Of a stretch of 64,000 nt of DNA, positions 58,943 through 64,000 are shown piece after piece. Position 1 is the stretch's first letter; every line of letters begins with the position of its first letter. Made by a program: the position numbers and the translations under genes. The notes under the pieces are model-generated. The model worked only from the letters and a program-made list of their open reading frames with translations. It was not told where the DNA came from and did not search any database. Origin of the DNA: Candidatus Lustribacter sp. (GTDB lineage Bacteria > Vulcanimicrobiota > Vulcanimicrobiia > Vulcanimicrobiales > Vulcanimicrobiaceae); NCBI GenBank assembly GCA_965277805.1, contig OZ255842.1:4928001-4992000 (forward strand). The letters are read 5' to 3'.

Positions 58943-60646
58943 ATGGCAGTAGCAGCACCCACAACACCGGCGGTCCCGCACGTCGTTCTGGATCACGTCC
59001 ATCCGGAACCGACGGGATTTATCCGCAAGTACATCTTCTCGATCGATCACAAGATCATCGCGTATCAGTACTTCATCACCGCGGGGATTTTCTTCGTCAT
59101 CGCCGGCCTCTTGGCCGAGATGATCCGCATCGATCTGCTCAAACACACCGGCGTTTTGACGCCCAACGTCTACAACCAGGTGTACTCGGTTCACGGTTCG
59201 ATGATGGTGTGGCTGGTGATCATCCCGTTCGTTTCCGGCGCGTTCGGAAACTTCGTGATGCCGCTGCAAATCGGGGCGCGCGACGTCGCCTTCCCCTGGC
59301 TGAACCTCGCTGCGTTTTGGATGTTCCCGCCGGCCGGTTTGATTCTGCTCGCGTCGTTTGCGTTCGGAGCGCCGGACGCCGGCTGGACGGAATACCCGCC
59401 GATTTCGCTGCAGGCGCCGTACGGTACGTCGATGTGGTGCATGGCGATCTTCCTGATCGGCATCAGCTCGACGCTCACCGGCATCAACTTCCTCGTCACG
59501 ATTTTCAAGATGCGCGCGCCCGGCATGACGTTCACGCGCATGCCGCTGTTCGTGTGGGCCTCGGCGGCGACCGCCGGCCTGAACATGGTGGCGACGACTG
59601 CGCTCGCGGCCGCGCTGCTCGCGCTCTTCCTCGAGCGCCAATTCGGCGTGCCGTTCTACGATCCGACCAAGGGCGGATCGCCAATCCTTTGGCAGCACAT
59701 GTTCTGGTTCTATTCGCATCCGGCCGTCTACATCATGATCTTGCCGGCGTTCGGCATCATCTCCGAAGTGCTGCCGACGTTCTCGCGTAAGCCGATCTTC
59801 GGCTACAAGATGATCGCGTTCTCATCGGTCGCGATCGCGCTGCTCGGCTTCATGGTCTGGGCGCATCACATGTTCACCTCGGGCATGGCGCCGTGGCTCC
59901 AGCTCCCGTTCATGATCATCACGATGCTGATCGCGATCCCGACCGGCATCAAGGTGTTCTCGTGGATGGCGACGCTCTGGGGCGGCTCGATCGAGTTTTC
60001 CGCCGCGTGTCTGTTTGCGCTCGGCTTCTTGATCACGTTCAGCCTCGGCGGCGTGACCGGATTCTTCTTGGCGGCGGTTCCCGCCGATCTGCACGAACAC
60101 GGCACGTACTTCGTGGTCGGGCACATTCACTACGTGCTCTACGGCGGTTCCGTGTTCGGGATCTTCGCCGGCCTCTATTATTGGTGGCCGAAGATGACCG
60201 GACGCATGATGAACGAGCGCGTCGGACAGTGGCACGCCTGGATCACGTTCGTGGCGTTCAACTGCACGTTCTTGCCGATGCATTGGCTCGGGCTGCTCGG
60301 CATGCCGCGGCGCGTCGCGATGTACGACGTGGAGTACGAGTTCTGGAACCAGGTCATCTCGATCTCGTCGTTCTTCCTCGCCGCCTCGACGCTCTTGATC
60401 ATGGGCAACATGCTCTGGAGCTTCAAGAACGGCAAGAAGGCCGGCCCCAATCCGTGGGGCGCGCGCACGCTCGAGTGGATGATCTCCTCGCCCCCGCCGT
60501 ACTACAACTTCAAGAAGGTCCCGGCCGTGCTCGCCGCGCCGTACGACTTCGGTAACCCGCTCCCGTACATCGGGCTCGAAGCCGAGCCCGGTGCGATGGA
60601 AGCGACGCCGCAACACACTACCGGCCTCGTGCCCGCGCACCACTAA
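58943..60646 (+). CDS. coxA: Cytochrome c oxidase subunit I
   Basis: DHK, GWTEYPP, WFYSHPAVY, WAHHM, HIHY, GMPRR. Confidence 0.97.
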   Translation: MAVAAPTTPAVPHVVLDHVHPEPTGFIRKYIFSIDHKIIAYQYFITAGIFFVIAGLLAEMIRIDLLKHTGVLTPNVYNQVYSVHGSMMVWLVIIPFVSGAFGNFVMPLQIGARDVAFPWLNLAAFWMFPPAGLILLASFAFGAPDAGWTEYPPISLQAPYGTSMWCMAIFLIGISSTLTGINFLVTIFKMRAPGMTFTRMPLFVWASAATAGLNMVATTALAAALLALFLERQFGVPFYDPTKGGSPILWQHMFWFYSHPAVYIMILPAFGIISEVLPTFSRKPIFGYKMIAFSSVAIALLGFMVWAHHMFTSGMAPWLQLPFMIITMLIAIPTGIKVFSWMATLWGGSIEFSAACLFALGFLITFSLGGVTGFFLAAVPADLHEHGTYFVVGHIHYVLYGGSVFGIFAGLYYWWPKMTGRMMNERVGQWHAWITFVAFNCTFLPMHWLGLLGMPRRVAMYDVEYEFWNQVISISSFFLAASTLLIMGNMLWSFKNGKKAGPNPWGARTLEWMISSPPPYYNFKKVPAVLAAPYDFGNPLPYIGLEAEPGAMEATPQHTTGLVPAHH

Positions 60647-60658
60647 AGGACGTAGAAC

Positions 60659-61291
60659 TTGACGACAGCAGCCGTCGAACACGGCCACGGCGACGCCCAC
60701 GGACACGCAGACCACGATGAGGTGATCTACCAAGAGACGCGCGACATGCGTCTCTTGGGGTTCGTCCTCTTCCTGTGCTCGGACGTCGTGCTGTTCTCGG
60801 CCTTCGTGTTCGCGTATCTGTACTTACGCGGCACGATCGATGAATGGCCGCCGATCCTCAACGGGCACCAGCTGCCGCGCCTCGATCTTCCGTTCGCCGA
60901 GTTCAACTCGATCGTGCTGTTCGGTTCGGGTGTCACGATGCATCACGCGCTCGAGAACTGGAAGCACGGGAAGAAGGGCCTCTTCGACGTCTTCATGGGC
61001 GCGACGATCGTGCTCGGCATCATGTTCCTCTGCGGTCAGGCTTACGAATATTCACACGCCGCAATCGGCGGCTGGAGCGGCTCGATCTTCGGCGCGTCGT
61101 TCTTCACGCTCACCGGCATGCACGGTTTCCACGTCTTCTGCGGCGTCGTATACCTCGCGATTCTGTGGTGGCAAACGAAGCAGGGTCATTACGACCAGAC
61201 CCACTACTTCGGCCTTACCGCCGGCACGCTGTACTGGCATTTCGTCGACGTGATCTGGGTCGGTCTCTTCTTCCTGTTCTATATTTTCTAG
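60659..61291 (+). CDS. coxC: Cytochrome c oxidase subunit III
   Basis: GQAYEY, TGMHGFHV, YWHFVDVIW. Confidence 0.95.
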   Translation: MTTAAVEHGHGDAHGHADHDEVIYQETRDMRLLGFVLFLCSDVVLFSAFVFAYLYLRGTIDEWPPILNGHQLPRLDLPFAEFNSIVLFGSGVTMHHALENWKHGKKGLFDVFMGATIVLGIMFLCGQAYEYSHAAIGGWSGSIFGASFFTLTGMHGFHVFCGVVYLAILWWQTKQGHYDQTHYFGLTAGTLYWHFVDVIWVGLFFLFYIF

Positions 61292-61303
61292 GAGCACGCA
61301 ACG

Positions 61304-61504
61304 ATGGATTTAGCAGTAATCGAGCGCGGGACCGCGCTGATCGGAGCGATCGTCGTCGGTGTGTTCGCATCGATCGCGCTCAAGGATGACTGGAACGCGA
61401 AAGGGCTCGACAACAGCACCACCAAGTTGCTGCTCGGCCTGATGGCGTTCGGCTGCCTCATGGTGCTGGCGGCCGCGGTCGGCCTCATCGGACCGAAGGG
61501 CTAA
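61304..61504 (+). CDS. Small 2-TM protein
   Basis: AGGAG RBS; continues the oxidase operon. Confidence 0.7.
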   Translation: MDLAVIERGTALIGAIVVGVFASIALKDDWNAKGLDNSTTKLLLGLMAFGCLMVLAAAVGLIGPKG

Positions 61505-61509
61505 GGCGT

Positions 61510-61707
61510 ATGTACGATCCGAATCCCTACAAACACGGCATCCCGGTTTCGGCCGGCATTCCGCCGCTCATCCGCTGGTCGGGCATCATCGGTTTCGTGG
61601 TGATCCTGTGCGTGGTCGGCATCGTGATCGGCTCCTCGCGCTACGGCCACGTCTGGCCCTCGGCCGACTCCGCCAAGATCAAGTTATCCGGAGCCGGCGC
61701 TCACTAA
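61510..61707 (+). CDS. Small 1-TM protein
   Basis: AAGG RBS; 5 nt after the previous stop. Confidence 0.68.
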   Translation: MYDPNPYKHGIPVSAGIPPLIRWSGIIGFVVILCVVGIVIGSSRYGHVWPSADSAKIKLSGAGAH

Positions 61708-62288
61708 GGAATAATTTCGCGGCGTTTGATGATGCCCACGCCCAGCCGCGCGATGCGGTCGGGCAGAACGCCGGTCGGGCGTCCGTCGATGCGATGCACG
61801 CCGCCGTACTCGCTGAATTCGGCCAGCGACGGGATCGTCACCGCGCGTAGCGGTACGTCTCCGATCGTAGGCCATTCACAGGCCACGCTGCTATCTTCAG
61901 TGAGCACCGCGACGTAGCCGTTCGAGTCGACCGGGGATTCCGCATCCGGCGGACGATAACGAACGTAACCGTCGACGATGAAAATCGGTCGGAACGTTTG
62001 GAGCAACGCACGCGTCGGCGCGAGCATGAGGGCCAGCGCATAGCAGATGCAGGCGACGACGCCCAGCGCGAAGACCGGTGAGAGAATCACCATGTTGTGG
62101 TCGTCGGGATGGGTCGGGTCGGTGCGCACGATCAGCATCCCGATCGTCAGGGCGAGGAACATCGTCCCGCACAGAATAGGTTCAATCGCAATGCACAGCC
62201 GGCCGAAGAATCCATGCAACACGACTAGCCGCTCGCTGCGGCGCCAGTTCCGGCGAATCAGCAGCGAGCTGCGCTCGTCGGCCGTCAT
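61704..62288 (-). CDS. Hypothetical 2-TM membrane protein
   Basis: MTADERSSLL...; the upstream part of the track ORF is a shadow of the SCO gene. Confidence 0.65.
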   Translation of the reverse strand: MTADERSSLLIRRNWRRSERLVVLHGFFGRLCIAIEPILCGTMFLALTIGMLIVRTDPTHPDDHNMVILSPVFALGVVACICYALALMLAPTRALLQTFRPIFIVDGYVRYRPPDAESPVDSNGYVAVLTEDSSVACEWPTIGDVPLRAVTIPSLAEFSEYGGVHRIDGRPTGVLPDRIARLGVGIIKRREIIP

Positions 62289-62310
62289 ACGCCCGGCCTT
62301 GTATCCCTGG

Positions 62311-63303
62311 ATGGTCGGCGTTTTAGCCGCGTTCGTCATGCTGCTCGGTCCCGGAACGGTAAGTGCGAAGGCGCTGGTACGTGTCCACGGTCTCGTCCTG
62401 GCGCTGACGCCGCAGAACGGAGAGGCGATCATTCGCCACGATGCCTTCGGTTCGATGCCGGCCATGACGATGCCGTTCAAGATCGTCCCCAAAGCGCAAG
62501 TCGCCACGCTGCAAGTCGGAAACGCGATCGACGGCACCGTCGACACGGCAACCGACCCCTGGACGCTGCGCGACGTGAAGGTCAGCACCACCCAGATGGT
62601 GACCTCCGATCCGGGCATCACCCGCCGGGTCGTCCCGCTGCACGTCGGCGACGTCATTCCCGATACGCCGTTCACCGATCAGACGGGGAAGCCGTTCCGC
62701 TTCTCGCAACTGCGGGGTGAAGACGCCGTGCTCGCATTCGTCTACACGCGCTGCCAAGACCCGCGCATGTGCCCGCTGATCTCATCGAAGTTCCACGCGC
62801 TGCAGCAACGGATCGGTTCGCGCCCGATGCATCTGGTCGAGGTGACGCTCGATCCGTCGTACGACCGTCCGCGCGTGCTCGCGCGTTACGGCAAGCTGTT
62901 CGGCGCGAACCCGAGTCGCTGGACGCTCGCCGTCGGCGATGCGGATCCCACGCTCAACTTCGCCGCGCAATTCGGTATCACGGCGTTCCCCGATCCGAGC
63001 GTCGGCCTCATCCACGCCGAGAACACGGTCGAGATCGGACCCGACGGCCGCATTCGCAACATGATCACCGACACGTCGTGGCAGCCCGACGAAATCATCG
63101 CCGACGTCGACAACAGTCACGGCGAAGCCTCGAACCCGTTCGAACGTCTGAACCTCTGGCTCTCGCGCGCCGCCGTCGCGATCTGCGGCAACAACGTCGC
63201 CGCCTTCAGCGGCCTCGGCGACCTCGGCGTCGTCATCCTCATCTTCGCCGCCTTCGGCTATCTCCTATTCCGCCTCGCAAGAGGCATAGCCAAAAGCGCG
63301 TAG
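62311..63303 (+). CDS. SCO family protein with N-terminal CusF-like copper-binding domain
   Basis: IRHDAFGSMPAMTMPF; FVYTRCQDPRMCP; TLDPSYD; IH; C-terminal TM. Confidence 0.87.
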   Translation: MVGVLAAFVMLLGPGTVSAKALVRVHGLVLALTPQNGEAIIRHDAFGSMPAMTMPFKIVPKAQVATLQVGNAIDGTVDTATDPWTLRDVKVSTTQMVTSDPGITRRVVPLHVGDVIPDTPFTDQTGKPFRFSQLRGEDAVLAFVYTRCQDPRMCPLISSKFHALQQRIGSRPMHLVEVTLDPSYDRPRVLARYGKLFGANPSRWTLAVGDADPTLNFAAQFGITAFPDPSVGLIHAENTVEIGPDGRIRNMITDTSWQPDEIIADVDNSHGEASNPFERLNLWLSRAAVAICGNNVAAFSGLGDLGVVILIFAAFGYLLFRLARGIAKSA

Positions 63304-63344
63304 GGTGGTGCAAGAAGTAGGAGTGGGGAATGATCGTCGATAGT

Positions 63345-63373
63345 GGCGGTCCCTCGTCAAGCTCGGGATGACA
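63345..63373 (+). repeat. Solo right arm of the REP-like element
   Basis: GGCGGTCCCTCGTCAAGCTCGGGATGACA, 27/29 identical to 50512-50540. Confidence 0.75.
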
Positions 63374-63394
63374 AAAGAGACACGACGTCGTGAG

Positions 63395-64000
63395 TTAGAC
63401 TGTCATTTCTCCCGTTGCGATTGGGACGACGGAGCCGCCTACTTCGATTACGGGGATCGCGTTGGGGTCTTCGCTGTTGACGTGGATGAGGACGTGCAGG
63501 AGGCTGCGGCGGCCCATTTTTGTGCCTTGTTCGCTCACCATGTGCAGGCCGTTTTCGATCGGCAGGAGGCCGCGGCGCATCATTAGTGCGGCGAGCGGGC
63601 CGGTGGCGCTGCCGGTCGCGGGATCCTCGTTGATGCCGATCTCCGGTGCGAACATGCGCGAGTAGACGGCGTAGGTGTCGCCGTCTTGCTCGTCGCTCTC
63701 CTCGAGGCGCGCGAAGACGAACACCTCGGTCGGCGCGTTCGGAACCGCGGCGCGCAGCGCGCGGTAGTCTAGCATCTCGATGCGGTCGACGACGTCGCGG
63801 TTCTTCACCGCGACGAAGAGAAATGCCGGACCGGCGCCGGCGATTTCGGGCTGCACGTCGACGAGCAAGTCGTTCGGCTGCAAGCCCAGCGCCGCCGCGA
63901 CGGGCTTGGGATCGATGCGCGCACCGAACGTGATCGGCGGCGTGGTAAGCCAGAACTGCACGGCGCCGTCGCTGCCGGTCGCGACGCGCACCGGAATGGG
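63395..64000 (-). CDS. PhzF family protein (start beyond the window)
   Basis: SRMFAP, EDPATGSA, EQGTKMGRRS. Confidence 0.92.
   Translation of the reverse strand, partial: PIPVRVATGSDGAVQFWLTTPPITFGARIDPKPVAAALGLQPNDLLVDVQPEIAGAGPAFLFVAVKNRDVVDRIEMLDYRALRAAVPNAPTEVFVFARLEESDEQDGDTYAVYSRMFAPEIGINEDPATGSATGPLAALMMRRGLLPIENGLHMVSEQGTKMGRRSLLHVLIHVNSEDPNAIPVIEVGGSVVPIATGEMTV

Overview
GC-rich bacterial chromosome segment; gene content suggests a diderm soil bacterium such as Ca. Eremiobacterota/Vulcanimicrobiota (inference only). Housekeeping and regulatory genes include clpB (5'-truncated by the window), a hybrid histidine kinase, typA, an uppS-like gene, two ECF sigma modules, a YtrA/GntR-ABC operon and a caa3-type cytochrome c oxidase operon with a CusF-SCO chaperone. 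A tRNA-Sec gene (13254-13347) carries a decayed ~5.1 kb integrative island bounded by a 25-bp att duplication, containing a broken tyrosine integrase, an excisionase and HNH-like and TIGR02391 cargo. The most unusual region is 38.3-57.7 kb. A GH20 hexosaminidase is flanked by two transporters with unexpected C-terminal domains (SSS symporter::FecR and permease::PDZ-like). Further on lie a solo hydantoinase-A-like ATPase, a TylM1-like methyltransferase, an FAD oxidoreductase, a mini HExxH protein, a BadF-type kinase and NanE, together a candidate undescribed amino-sugar sensing/catabolism system. Other oddities are a Lys/Arg-depleted orphan flagellin, a pseudo-cyclase, a Cys->Ser transglutaminase and a probable ATA start codon. 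No rRNA or CRISPR array was seen. All family calls come from motif recognition by eye, not database searches.
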